Shown in pieces: positions 30,439 to 44,851 of a stretch of 64,000 bases of DNA. This DNA is from the human T2T-CHM13v2.0 reference genome, Homo sapiens. Each line of letters begins with the position of its first letter. The first letter of the stretch is position 1. Location: assembly GCF_009914755.1 (NCBI RefSeq), contig NC_060927.1. The stretch is one strand, 5' to 3'. The translations under genes and the position numbers were made by a program. The notes below the pieces were generated by a model. It saw only the letters and a list, made by a program, of their open reading frames with translations. It was not told the origin of the DNA and made no database searches.

Positions 30439-32634
30439 TTACAGCAAGTATAGCAAGAGGCAAGTTTATAGCAATAAATGCCTACATTAAAAACAGAAAG
30501 ATTTCAAATAAATAAGCTAATGATGCACCTCAAGAAACTAGAAAAGCAAGAACAAACCAAACTCAAAATTAGAAAAAGGAAAAAAAAATAAAAAGCAGAA
30601 ATAAATGACATTGAGACTAAAAAAATAGAAAAGATCAATGAAACAAAAAGTTGGTTTTTCAAAAAGATCAACAAAATTGACAGAGCATTAACTAGACTAA
30701 GAAAAAAAGAGAAGACCCAAATAAAATCACAAACAAAAGGAGACATTACAGTTGATACTGTGGAAATACAAAAGATCATCAGAGACTATTATAAACAATT
30801 ATAAACTAATCAATTTGAGAACCTAGAGAAGATGGGTAAATTTGTTGACACATACGACCTATCAAGATTGAACCAAGGAGAAATAGAAAACCTGAACAGA
30901 TCAATAATGAGTAATGAGATTGAATCACAGTAATGAAAAGGAAATCAAGAAAGAAAAGTCCAGGACCAGATGTCTTCACTGCTGAATTCTACCAAACTTT
31001 TAAAGAACTAATATTTTTAAAAATTCTTCTCAAACTATTCCCAAAAATTGAAGGGGAGGGAATTCTTCCAAACCCATTTTACAAGGCCAGCATAACCCTG
31101 ACGCCAAAACCAGATAAAAACACAACATAAAAAAACTAGACCAATGTCTCTGATGAACATAAATGCAAAAATCTTCAACAAAATCTGAATTCAACAGCAC
31201 ATCAAAAATATCATACACTATTATCAAGTGGATTTATCCTAGGGATGCAAGGATTATTCAACCTACACAAATAATGTGAGACATCACAACAGAATGAAGG
31301 ACAAAAACAACACGATCATCTCAATAGATCCAGAAAAAGCGTTTGATAAAATTCAATATCCCTCATAAAACTCTCAATAAATTAGGCATAGAAGGAAGTA
31401 CCTCAACACAATAAAGGCTATATAAGACAAACCCACAGCTACCATATACTGAACTGGAACAAGACAAGGATACCCACTCTCATCACTCTTATTCAACATA
31501 TTAATAGTACTGAAAGTCTTAGCCAGAGCAATTAGGCAAGGGGAAAAAAATGAAGGGCATTCAAATTAGAAAGAAGGAAGTCAAATTGTCCCTGTTTGTG
31601 GATGACATGATTTTATATATAGAAAAACTTAGACTCTACCCAAAAAACTCTTAAAACTAATAAATTCAGTAAAGTTGCAGGATATAGATATCAACATACA
31701 AAAATTGGTGGTGTTTTTATATAAGAACAATGAACTAGCTGGAAAAGAAATCAAGAAAGTAATTCCATCTGCAAAAATTACAAAAAATAAAATACCTAGG
31801 AATAAATTTAACCAAGGAGGTGAAGGCTCTCTACAAGGAAAACTTAAAAAACACCAAAAAACAATGATTTTTTGAAAGAAATTGAAGAAGACATCAAAAA
31901 ATAGAATGACATCCCATCTTTATGGATTAGAAAAATGAATATTGTTAAAATGACTCTACTACCCAAGGTGATCAAAAGATTCAATGCACTCTCTATCAAT
32001 ATACCAATGATGTTCTTCACAGAAATAGAAAAAAAAAAATCCTAAAATTTGCATGGAACCACGAAAGACCACAAATAGCCAAAACAATACTAAGCAAAAA
32101 GAACAAATCTAGATGCATCACAGTACCAGGCTTCGAAATATACTACCAAAGCTCTATTAACGAAAACAGCATGGTACTGGCATACAACCAGACACACAGA
32201 CCAGTGGAACAGAATAGAGAACCCATAAATTAATCCATGTATCTACAGCCAACTGACTTTTGACAAAGATGCCAAGAACATTGATTGGGGAAGGACAGTC
32301 TCTTCAGTAAATGGTTCTGGGGAAAATTGGATATCCATATGCAGAAGAGCAAAACTAGACTCTCTCCTCTTATTCTACACAAAAATCAACTCAAAATCTC
32401 TTCAAGACCTAAATGTAAAACCTGAAGCTATAAAACTACTAGAAGAAAACCTGGGGAAATGCTTCAGGACATTGGTCCTGGAAAAGATTTTATGAATAAG
32501 AACTCAAAAGTACAGGCAACAAAAGCAAAATATAAATAAGTGGGATTATATCAAACTAAAAAAGCTTCTGCACACCAAAAGACACAACACAATGAAAAGA
32601 CAACCTACAGAATGGGAGAAAGTATTTGCAAACT

Positions 32635-32978
<344 letters not shown>

Positions 32979-33067
32979 TCATCCACCAAAGAATTAATAT
33001 CCAGAATATACAAGGAACTCAGACATGTCAACAGAACAAAAAAATCTAATTTTTAAATGGGCAAATG

Positions 33068-33389
<322 letters not shown>

Positions 33390-33460
33390 CTAAAAGGACA
33401 ACACACAAATGGCCAAAAACACATGAAAAAATGTTTGATATCACTAATAATTAGGGAAAT

Positions 33461-34490
33461 TGTGGGGAAAAGAAAGAGAGATCAGACTGTTACTGTGTCT
33501 AGATAGAAAGGGAAGACATAAGAGACTCCATTTTGAAAAAGACCTGTACTTTAAACAATTGCTTTGCTGAGATGTTGTTAATTTGTAGCTTTGCCCCAGC
33601 CACTTTGACCCAACTACTTTGACCCAACCTGGAGCTCACAAAAACATGTGTTGTATAAAATCAAGGTTTAAGGGATCCAAGGCTGTGCAGGACTTGCCTT
33701 GTTAACAAAATGTTTACAAGCAGTATACTTGGTAAAAGTCATCGGCATTCTCTAGTCTCAGCAAACCAGGGGCACAATGCACTGCGGAAAGCCGCAGGGG
33801 CCTCTGCCCTTGAAAGCTGGGTATTGTCCAAGGTTTCTCCCCATGTGATAGTCTGAAATATGGCCTTGTGGGATGAGAAAGACCTGACCGTCCCCCAGCC
33901 CGACACCTGTAAAGGGTCTGTGCTGAGGTGGATTAGTAAAAGGGGAAAGCCTCTTGCAGTTGAGATAGAGGAAGGCCACTGTCTCCTGCCTGCCCCTGGG
34001 AACTGAATGTCTCGGTATAAAACCCGATTGTACATTTGTTCAGTTCTAAGATAGGAGAAAAACCGCCCTATGGTGGGAGGCGAGACATGTTTGCAGCAAT
34101 GCTACCTTGTTATTCTTTACTCTGCTGAGATGTTTGGGTGGAGAAAAACATAAATCTGGCCCACATACACGTCTAGGCATAGTATCTTCCCTTGACCTTA
34201 ATTATAACATAGATTCTTTTGCTCACATGTTTTTTGCTGATCTTCTCCTTATTATCACCCTGTTCTCCTTCTACACTCCTTTTTGCTAAAATAATGAAAG
34301 TAATAATCAATAAAAACTGAGGGAACTCAGAGGTCGATGCCGGTGCAGGTCCTTGGTGTGCTGAGTACCGGTCCCCTGGACCCACTGTTGTTTCTCTATA
34401 CTTTGTCTCTGTGTCTTATTTCTTTTCTCAGTCTCTCGTCCCACCCAACTAGAAATACCCACAGGTGTGGAGGGGCAGGCCACCCCTTCA
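33461..34490 (+). mobile_element. HERV-K(HML-2) solo LTR, LTR5A-like (1030 bp)
   Basis: TGTGGGGAAAAGAAAGAGAGATCAGA...GGCCACCCCTTCA; perfect 6-bp TSD GGAAAT (33455-33460, 34491-34496); no internal genes. Confidence 0.93.
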
Positions 34491-35171
34491 GGAAATGCAA
34501 ATCAAAACCACAGTGAGATATCATCTCACCCCAGTTAGAATGGCTATCATCAAAAAGCCAAAAAATACAAATGCTGGTGAGGATGCAGAGAAAAGGGAAC
34601 TCTTATGCACTGTTGGTAGGATTGTAAACTAGTACAACCATTACGGAGAACAGTATGGAGGTTCCTCAAAAACTACAAATCAACCTACTGTATGATCCAG
34701 TGATCCCACAACCAGGCCTTTATCTAAAGGGAAGGAAATCATTATATTGAAGAGATGTCTGCACCCTGATTTTTTTTGGTAGCACTATTCACAATAACCA
34801 AGGTATGGAATCAACCTAAGTGTTCAACAACAGATGAAGGGATAAAGACAATGTGGTATACATACACAATGGAATACCATTCAGCCATAAAAAGAATGAA
34901 AACTTCTCATTTGTGGCAACGGGAATGAAACTGAATGACATTATGTTCAGTGAAATACGCCAGGAACACAAAGTTAAACACCACATGTTCTCACTTATAT
35001 GCAGACGCTAAAATGAAGTTGATTTCATAGAAGTAAAAAGTAGAACAGAGTATACTAGAGGCTGGGAAACAGGGAAAAGCAGGGATTAGGGAGAAATTTG
35101 TTAAAGGATACAAAAGAAGTTCTAGTATTCAATAGCACTGTAGGATGAGTGTAGTTAACAATAATATATTA

Positions 35172-36292
35172 TTGTTGACTCTTGAACAACCAACACAGGA
35201 GTTAAGGTGCTGACCCCCCATGTGGTCAAAATTCATGTATAATTTTTGACTCCCCCAAAACTTAACTACTAGTAGTCTATTGTTGACTGAAAATCTTACT
35301 GATAAACAGTTAATTGTACATATATGTCATATGCATTATATACTATATTCTTACAATAAAGTATACCAGAAAAATGTTATCAAGGAAATAATAAGAAAAA
35401 TGCATTTACGGTATATACTGTATTTACCAATACTGTAAATTTACATAATCTGTTTACAAGATGAAATGTCTGTCTGAAATGGTGGGTAACCATGCTGCAG
35501 ACCTCAATTTATGGTAAATATCAAACAATTCCATTTTTTCTTGTAAAGTAATGACTCTTCTCTGTCTCTTGGGAGAACTTCCAGGAAAACTACAAACCAA
35601 AATCTCTCATGAAAATAGACACAAAAATTCTCGACAAAATATTAGCAGATCAAATCCCATAATGTATACAAAGAATTATACACTAGTGGCACTTTGTATG
35701 GGTCTTATGTTATTCCAAGTTTGTGATATTTTACTAAACACAACGAAAAATACACGAGAACCATGAAGAGATCACTTTTTACTGCCATACCCAATGTACT
35801 GAAGAGATGAACTGCTCTTGAGATGATGAGCATCACCTGACATTTTAAGTGGATAATTGTAACACTTAAGCTCATGTCAACAGCAACAGGAGGTGGCTAC
35901 AAAATTATTACAGTAGTACAGTGTGTGCCACAGTTAATTTTATGCAGTTATGATTTGATGCTGCATCTTTATATTTGTTTATATTTCTTGACTGCAAATG
36001 ATGCCATGTATGAACTGTGTGTGAGCTTTGATAAATTTCAACTTTTTGTAACAGATTTGTACATATTTTATGGTAGTAAATGATAAAAATAGACTAGTAT
36101 CTACATATATTTTATGTACTTATGACATACCTAACCTTTTCTTAATTTTTTGAATATTTCTGGCTAGGCAGTTCATCTGTCTTTTCAAAGTGTCACAAAT
36201 CTTCAGAAATTTTTCCAGTATATTTATTTTTTAAAAATCTGTGTATAAGTGGACTGCTGCAGTTGAAACCCATGTTGTTCAAGGGTCAATTG
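35172..36292. mobile_element. Tigger2-family non-autonomous element (Tigger2b-like)
   Basis: TIRs ..GTTGACTCTTGAACAAC / GTTGTTCAAGGGTCAATTG with TA on both sides; splits the L1MA 3'UTR. Confidence 0.85.
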
Positions 36293-36479
36293 TATATATT
36301 TTCAAATAGCTAGAAGAGAGAATACTGAATGTTCCTAGCACAAAGAAATGATAAATGTTTGAGATGATGGATATGCTCATTACCCTGATCTGATCACTAT
36401 AACCTGTATGTTCTGAAATATTACTGTGGAACCAAAAAATACATACAATTATTATATGTTAATTAAAAGATACAAAAAT

Positions 36480-38943
36480 GAAAATAATGGCTTGTTCAAA
36501 ATAATAATAGCAACAATGTATTTGGTGACTATAGCTATGGATAAGTGAAATGAATGACCACAGTGTTATAAGGCACGGGGGAGGGGAAACTGTAAAGAGT
36601 CTGTTACAAAGTACTTGCAGGAAGTGGTATAGTGTTATTTGAATGAGGACTTAGATAGATTAGTTGTAAATGTACATTGCAAACTCAAGGGCAATAACAA
36701 AAAAAAGTTTTTTAAAAAAGTAAGTATAATTGATCTGCTAAGAGAAGAGAAAAAATGGAATCATACAAAATAGTTAAAACCAGAGAAGACAGAAAAATAG
36801 AAGAGGAAAACAGTAACAACAACAACAGAACAAGGGCAATGAATAGGAAACAGTAACATATATGGTAGATATTAATCCAACTGTATCAGTAATCAGTTTA
36901 AATGTCAATGGTCTAAATACATCAATTAAAAGACAGGTTGTCAGAGTGGATCCAAAAGCAAGACCCAACTATATGCTGTCTACAGGAAACCCACTTTAAA
37001 CATAGAAAGACACAGATACATTAAAAGTAAAGAGATAGAGAAAGATATACCATGCTAACACTAATGAAGGGGAAGTAGGGTAGCTATATTAATTTCAGAC
37101 TAAGAAGACTTCAGAGCAAGGAAAATTATTGGGAATTAAGAGGAGCATTACGTAAAGATAAAGAAGTCAGAATCTCCCAAAACTCTCACAAGGGAAAACA
37201 GATAATATGAATAGACCTGTATCTATTAATGAAATTGAATCAATAATTAATAACCTTCTAAAACAGAAAGCACCAAGCCCAGATGGGTTCACTGAATAAT
37301 TCTAAACATATAATTAAACATAACTAAACATATAGGAAGAAATTAAACCAATTCCACCATGTCTTCCAGGACATAGTGGAAACTGGTTCTATGAAGCCAG
37401 TATTACCTAATGCCAGAGCCAAGCAAGACATTATAAGAAAGGAAAACTACAATCCAAAATCTCTCATAAAAATAGATGCAAAAATCCTCAACAAAAGGAA
37501 CAAAATGTTAGCAAATATTAGCAACAAAATACAGCAAATCAAATCCAATTATGTATAGAAAGAATTATACACCACGACTAAGTGGGATTTATTATAGGTA
37601 TGAAAGGCTGATTCAACATTTGAAAATCAATTAATGTAATTCATCATAGCAAGAGAGTAAAGAAGTAAAACCATATGATCCTATCAAAAGATGTAGAAAA
37701 AACATTTGACAGCTGGGCACAGGAGCTCACACCTGCAATCCCAGCATTTTGTGAGGCCAAGGCAGGCAGATAACTTGAGGTCAGGAGTTTGTGACCAGCC
37801 TGGCCAACATGGTAAAACCCTGTCTCAATGAAAAATACAAAAATTAGCCGGGCTTGGTGGCAGGTGCCTGTAATTCCAGCTACTGGGGAGGCTGAGGCAG
37901 GAGAATCGATTGAACCCAGGAGGCGGAGGTTGCAGTGAGCCAAGACGAGATAGAGCCACTGCCACTCCAGCCTGGGTGACAGATCAAGAATCTGTCTTAA
38001 AAAAAAAAAAAAAAAGCAAAAGACCTGAACAGACATTTCACCAAAGAAGATATATAGTTGGCAAATAAGAATAGGAAAAGATGCTCAACATCACATTTCA
38101 TTAGGAAATTCCAAATTAAAATGAAATACCACTAAACACTATTAAAATGGCCACTTTCCAAAATAGGTAACATGAACTCTTATTCATTGCTGGTGGAGAC
38201 GCTAAATGGTACGGCCACTCAGGAAGACAGTTTGGCAGTTCTTTACAAAACTAAACATACTCTTACCATACAATCCAGCTGTTGCACTCCTGGTACTTAC
38301 CCAAAGGAGTTGAAAACTTATGTTCTCACAAAAACTTACACATGAATGTTTGTAGCATATTATTCATAATTGCCAAAACTTAGAAGCAACTAAGATGTCC
38401 ATCAGTAGGTTAATGAATAAACTGTGGTACATCCAAACAATGGAATATAATTCAGCACTAAAAAGAAATAAGCTAGCAAGCCATGAAAAGACAAAGAGGA
38501 ACCTTACTACTAAGAGAAAAAATCCCATCTGAAAAGGCATACATAGCGCATAATTCCAACTATATAACCCTCTGGAAATGACAAAACTAAACCATGGAGA
38601 TAACAAAAGAATCAGTGATTGGCAGGGTTGAGGGGAGGGAGGGCTGAATAAATAGAACACAGAGGATTTTTAGAGCAGTGAAACTACAATGATAGATATA
38701 TGACATTACACACTTGCCAAAATTGATAGGTGTATAATACCCAGAGTGAAGCCTGATGTTACCTATGAACTTACTTAGGAGTGATAATGATATGTCAATG
38801 CAAGCTCATAGATGCTAAAAAATATATCACTCTGGTAAGGGGTTTTGTTAGTGCAGGAGGTTGTACATAAGAAATCTCTATCTTCTGCTCAGTTTTGCTG
38901 CGAATCTGAAATTGCTCTACAAAATAAAGCCTTTTCAAAAAAA
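36480..38943 (+). mobile_element. Older L1MC-type element with internal deletions
   Basis: Degenerate EN-domain start near 36870, RT-region pieces at 37200-37700, 3'UTR ending AAAATAAAGCCTTTTCAAAAAAA. Confidence 0.7.
37711..38015 (+). mobile_element. Alu without TSD at an L1 deletion junction
   Basis: Full dimer; the flanks share no duplication. Confidence 0.9.
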
Positions 38944-39220
38944 GGATGGGCAAGATATAGAAAACTATGAAACATTATAGAGTGAAATGAAAAAGAACTA
39001 AGGAAAATCGAGTGACATACTATGTTCTTAGATTGAAACACTCAGTATTGTGAAATTGTTAATTTTCCACAAACTGATTTACAGTTCCAATGCACTCCTC
39101 ATCAAAACTTCAGTGCATTACTGGGTATCTTTCCACTTTGGACTTGACCAGATGATGCTAATATTTATATGGAAATGCAAAGATCCAAGAATAAGAAAGA
39201 CACTCTTGTGTAAAAGAACA

Positions 39221-40577
39221 ACAAACAAATGCAACAAAAACAAAGATAAATAGATGGGACTTAATTAAACTAAAAACCTCCTGCACAGCAAAAGAAATAA
39301 TCAGCAGAGTTAACAGACAATCCACAGAGTGGGAGAAAATCATCACAATCTATATATCTGGCAAAGGATTAATATCCAGAATCTACAAGGAACTCAAATT
39401 AGCAAGAAAAAAAGCCAAACAATCTCATAAAAAAGTGAGCTAAGGACATGAATACACAATTCTCAAAAGAAGATATACAAATGGCCAACAAGCATATGGA
39501 AAAATGCTCAACATCACTAATTATCAGGGAATCGCAAATCAAAACCACAACATGATACCACCTCACTCCCGCAGGAATGGCCACACACAAAAAAAATGGA
39601 TGTTGGCGTGGATGCGGTGAAAAGGGTACACTTTTACACTGTTGGTGGGAATGTAAACTAGTACAACCACTACAGAAAACAGTGTGGAGATTCCTTAAAG
39701 AGCTAAAAGTAGATCTACTGTTTGATCCAGCAATCCCCCTACTCGGTATCCCAGAGGAAAAGAAGTCAGTATATGAAAAAGACACCTGTACACACGTTTA
39801 TAGCAGCACAATTTGCAATTGCAAAAATATGAAACCAGCCCAAATGCCCATCAATCAACAAGTGGATAAAGAAAATGTGACATATATATACCACAAAATA
39901 CTACTCAGCCATAAAAAGGAACAAAATAATGGCATTCGCAGCAACCTGGATGGAATTGGAGACTACTACTTTATTTATTTATTTTGAGACGGAGTCCCAC
40001 TCTGTAGCTCAAGCTGGAATGCAGTGGCGCTATCTTGGCTCACTGCAACCTTTGCCTCCAGGGCTCAACTGATTCTTGCCTCAGCCTCTTGAGTAGCTGG
40101 GACTACAGGCATGCGCCACCATGCCTGGCTAATTTTTTTGTATTTTTAGTAGAGACAGGGTTTCACCATGTTGCCCTGGGTGGTCTTGAGCACCTGAACT
40201 CAGGCGATCCACTTGCCTCGGCCTCCCAAAGTGCTGGGATTACAGGCGTGGGCCACCACACCCGGACTGGAGACTATTATTCTAAGTGAAGTAACTCGCT
40301 TCACTTACTGTAATGTAAAAGCAAACTTCGTATGTTCTCACTCATATATGGGAGCTATGCTATGAGGTCATAAAGGCATAAGAATGGTACGTTGGACTTT
40401 GGGGACTTGGGAGAAAGTGTGGGGGGTGGAGAGGGATAAGAGACTACACATTAGGTACAGTGTACACTGCTCTGGTGATGGGTGCACCAAAATCTCAGAA
40501 ATCACCACTAAAGAACTTATTCATGTAACCAAACACCACCAGTTCCCCCAAAAACCAGTTGAGATAAATAAAAAATT
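39221..40577 (+). mobile_element. 5'-truncated L1PB-type element
   Basis: ORF2 C-terminus ([23 protein letters not shown]); 3'UTR GGTGATGGGTGCACCAAAATCTCAGAAATCACCACTAAAGAACTTATTCATGTAACCAAACACCAC; AAAGAACAA on both flanks. Confidence 0.85.
39970..40267 (-). mobile_element. Alu inside the L1PB
   Basis: TSD TGGAGACTACTA / TGGAGACTATTA. Confidence 0.92.
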
Positions 40578-41266
40578 AAAGAACAAGATGAAACACTATC
40601 AGAAATCAAGATTAATTACACACATACACATTAATGGAACTGAATAGACAGTCCAGAAACAGATCTAGATATATGAATGTATTATTTATGGCAAGGAAGG
40701 CACTACAGAGCAGTAGGGAAAAGGCCAAGTCTTTTCAACAAGTGGAGAGCTGCATGGAAAAAATGTAAAATTTGACATTTCCTTAGACCACACACACACA
40801 TCAGTTGCATGTGGCTTGTACATCTAAATGTGAAACGCATAATAAAGCTTCCAGATGGTTATATAGGAGAATACCTTCATAATATTGGGCTGTGAAAAGA
40901 GTTTTCACAAAGCAAGAACCATAAATCAGATTATATTAAAATTAAGAACTTGTGCTCAGCAAAAGGCAGCATTAAGAGAAAGAAAAAGCAAACTAGAGAG
41001 TGAGTGCCAATTTGTCACATACAATTGTCAAGGGATTTGTGTCTAGAATATATAAAGAACTCACACAAATCACTAAGAAAAACCCAATAGAGAAATGGAC
41101 AAGTGATGTGAACAAGTACACTAGAAGATTTCCAAGTGGCCTATAAACATGAACAAGTGTTCAACTTCATTAGTCATCAGAGAAATATAAATTCAAACCA
41201 TGATGCAATAATATGTATCACATACCAAAACAGATTTTTTTAACAACAATATAAAACGTTGGTGGG

Positions 41267-41630
<364 letters not shown>

Positions 41631-42362
41631 TTAATGGGATATAAACTGGTACAATCATTCTGGAAAACAATTTGTAATTTTCTTTCTGGACATCTTCCCA
41701 ACAGAAACGTGTGCACATGTGCCCTCTACATTTATACACAAGAGTGTTCATAGCACCATTACTTATAATAGTGCCAAACTGGAAACAACCCATCTGTTCA
41801 TTGAGTAGAACAGGTAACGTCAATGTATTCTTATAATGGAATACTGTAAAGCAGTCAAAACAAATGAACTAGCCTCATGCTACCACATGGATGAATCTCA
41901 AAAGTAATGTTGAGGAAAAGAAGCCAGATAAAAGAATAAAGAATACATATTACTTGCTTTCATTCATATATGTAATATATATATATGTCAAGCTAATCTG
42001 CAGTGTTATAAATGAGTCTATGGTAGTTACCTTTTTGGGGTAGTAAGGAGGTGGTAACTGAAAGGAGTACAAGTGCTTCAAGGATGGTGGGGAAATGTTC
42101 TATTTCGTCACCAGATCCTCCCTTTGTAAGAATTTGTTGAACTGTACATTAATACTCTGTGAACTTTTCTGTTACATAAATTTTAAAAATTAAATAAACA
42201 CCGATACTATCGTAGAAGCCATTGTTATCAGTGAAATGCACAAGTAAAATCATGACTTAAGCGAAGAAAAATATAGACTTCTGTGAGAAGACATATTCAC
42301 AGATTTGATTTTCCAGGGAGGTTTTAAAAATAAATAAATTATGGTAAAAGCAAGTAACTTAC

Positions 42363-42503
42363 AGAAGAAGATTGGCACATAATAAAAAGGAAAATAACAG
42401 CTTGTCCTTCTCAAATAGTGATCGGCATATATTACAATATAAGTTGTATGTGAAGTGGTCATTTAAATATCGTAGGCGCTTTTCCAAAATCTTGGATTTG
42501 TTA
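42363..42503 (-). CDS. DNAH12: Dynein heavy chain exon (141 bp)
   Basis: AG at 42504-42505; donor CT|GTAAGT; (S)[46 protein letters not shown](L); phase 2-2. Confidence 0.95.
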
Positions 42504-43084
42504 CTAAAGTTAAAAAGAAGGAAAACGTATTGTCAAACAAAACTAAGAAAATATAAGCAATGTGAATTAACATATACACTTTTTATTTTATGAAAGTATC
42601 ACTATTAAAAACGTATAAAGATACACACACGAGGGCATGTAAAACTGGTGAAATCTGAATAAGCTCTATGGGTTGTAGCAATATCAGTTTCTCGGTTGTA
42701 CTATAGGCAAGATGCTAGCACTGGAGAAACAAGATGAAGGGTACGTGAAACCTCTCTGCACGTATTTTTCTGTGTGCAACTTCTTGTGAGTCTGTAAGTA
42801 TTTTAAAATAAAAAGTTTTAAAATGTAGGGTATAATTCTCTGAGAAAGTGAAATATGGTTTACACCATCTCTCTATTTTCCAAATCCTAAATATCTTATT
42901 CTGCCCCAAAGTGACTGAAGACAATCAGTTAATTAAAAAAAAAAATGCCTATTAAATCTCTATTAGTGTAAGGCTCTATGGTAGGGAGGGAAATGTAACA
43001 GACAAAGCATTATGAAACATTTGCCCGCCCCAAAGAAGCATAAAGTCTAGATAAAAATCTACATAATTTAAAAATGCATGAAAA

Positions 43085-43389
<305 letters not shown>

Positions 43390-43574
43390 TCAGAAAACAT
43401 ATGGATAAATATAGTTACTGGGTGGAGTTATGACTGATACTCTTTATACTCTCATATTCCAAAAAATGTTTACAATAAGCATATATGGCTTTCAATTTTT
43501 TTCAGTTTAATTTTTAAATGTAATACTTATGGGAATATAAAATGATGTAGCCATTCTAAAAATAGTTTGGCACT

Positions 43575-43789
43575 TTATTTTTTTTTTTTGGAGACAGGGT
43601 CTCACCCTGTCACCCAGGCTGGAGTGCAGTGGCATGATCTCAGCTCATTACAACCTCTACCTCCTGGGCTCAAGTAATCTTCCCATCTCAGCCTCCTAAG
43701 TAGCTGGGACTACAGGTGCATGGCACCATGCCCAGCTAGTTTTTTTGTATTTTTTGTAGAGATGGGGTTTCACTATGTTGCCCAGGCTG
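43575..43789 (-). mobile_element. 5'-truncated Alu (AluJ-like)
   Basis: Right arm plus part of the left arm; CACTTT on both flanks. Confidence 0.85.
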
Positions 43790-43817
43790 TCACTTTCTTT
43801 AAAAAATTTTTAAAAAC

Positions 43818-44851
43818 TAAACTAAAAAGCTTCTGCACAGCAAAAGAAACTATCAACAGAGTAAACAGACAGCCTACACAATGGGAGAAAATATTTTCAA
43901 ACTGTACATCTGACAAAGATCTAATATCCAAAATCTGTAAGGAATTTAAATTAATTAACAAGCATAAAACTAACAACCCCATTAAAAAGTAGGCAAAGGA
44001 CATAGACACTTTTCAAAAGAAGACATACACATGGCCAAAAAGCATATGAAAAAATGCTTAAAATCATTAAGCATTAGAGAAATGCAAATCAAAACCACAA
44101 TGGGATACCATCTCACACCAGTCAGAATGGCTATAATTAAAAAGTCAAAAAAATAACAGAAGCTGGTGAAGTTGTGGAGCAAAGGGAACACTTATACACT
44201 GCTGGTGGGAATGTAAATTAGTTCACCGTGGAAAGCAGTTTGGAGATTTCTCAAAGAACTTAAAACAGAACTACCATTTGACCCAGCAGTCCATTATTGG
44301 GTACATACCCAAAGGAATATAAATTGTTCTACCATAAAGACACGTATGCGTATGTTCATCACAGCACTATTCACAATAGCAAAGACATGGAATCAACCTA
44401 GATGCCTGTCAATCGTAGACTAGATAAAACTAATGTGGTACAGATACACCATGGAATACAACACAGCCACCAAAAGGAATGAACTCATGTCCTTTGGAGC
44501 TGGAGACCATTATCCTAAGCAAACTAATGCAGGAACAGAAAACCAAATACCACATGTTCTCACTTACAACACTGAGTACACATGGACACAAGGAAGGGAA
44601 CAATAGACACTGAGGCCTACTCAAAGGTGGAGAGTAGGAGGACGGTGAGGTTCAAAAAACTACCTATTGGGTACCATGCTTATTACCTGGGTGATGAAAT
44701 AATCTGTATACTAACCCCCTGTGACATGTAGTTTACCTGTATAACAAACCTGCACATGTACCCCTGAATGTAAAAGTTTAAAAAAAGAGTCCTCAATAAA
44801 CCCTATGTCTTGTTTGCTAAAAAAAAAAAAAGAAAAAAAAAAGAAAAAAAA
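43818..44851 (+). mobile_element. 5'-truncated older L1PA (roughly PA13-16) with an extra 3' segment
   Basis: [20 protein letters not shown]; 3'UTR AACAAACCTGCACATGTACCCCTGAA; TSD AAAAACTAAAC / AAAAATCTAAAC. Confidence 0.85.

Noticed and set aside
33461-34490. HERV-K provirus or coding ORFs
   Set aside because: Single LTR with the TSD directly on both sides; no gag, pol or env
35010-35170. Local L1MA 3'UTR as donor of the segment after the SVA
   Set aside because: Same family but clearly diverged, and it lacks the AGCTAGATAGGAGGAAT block; too different for an SVA-age copy
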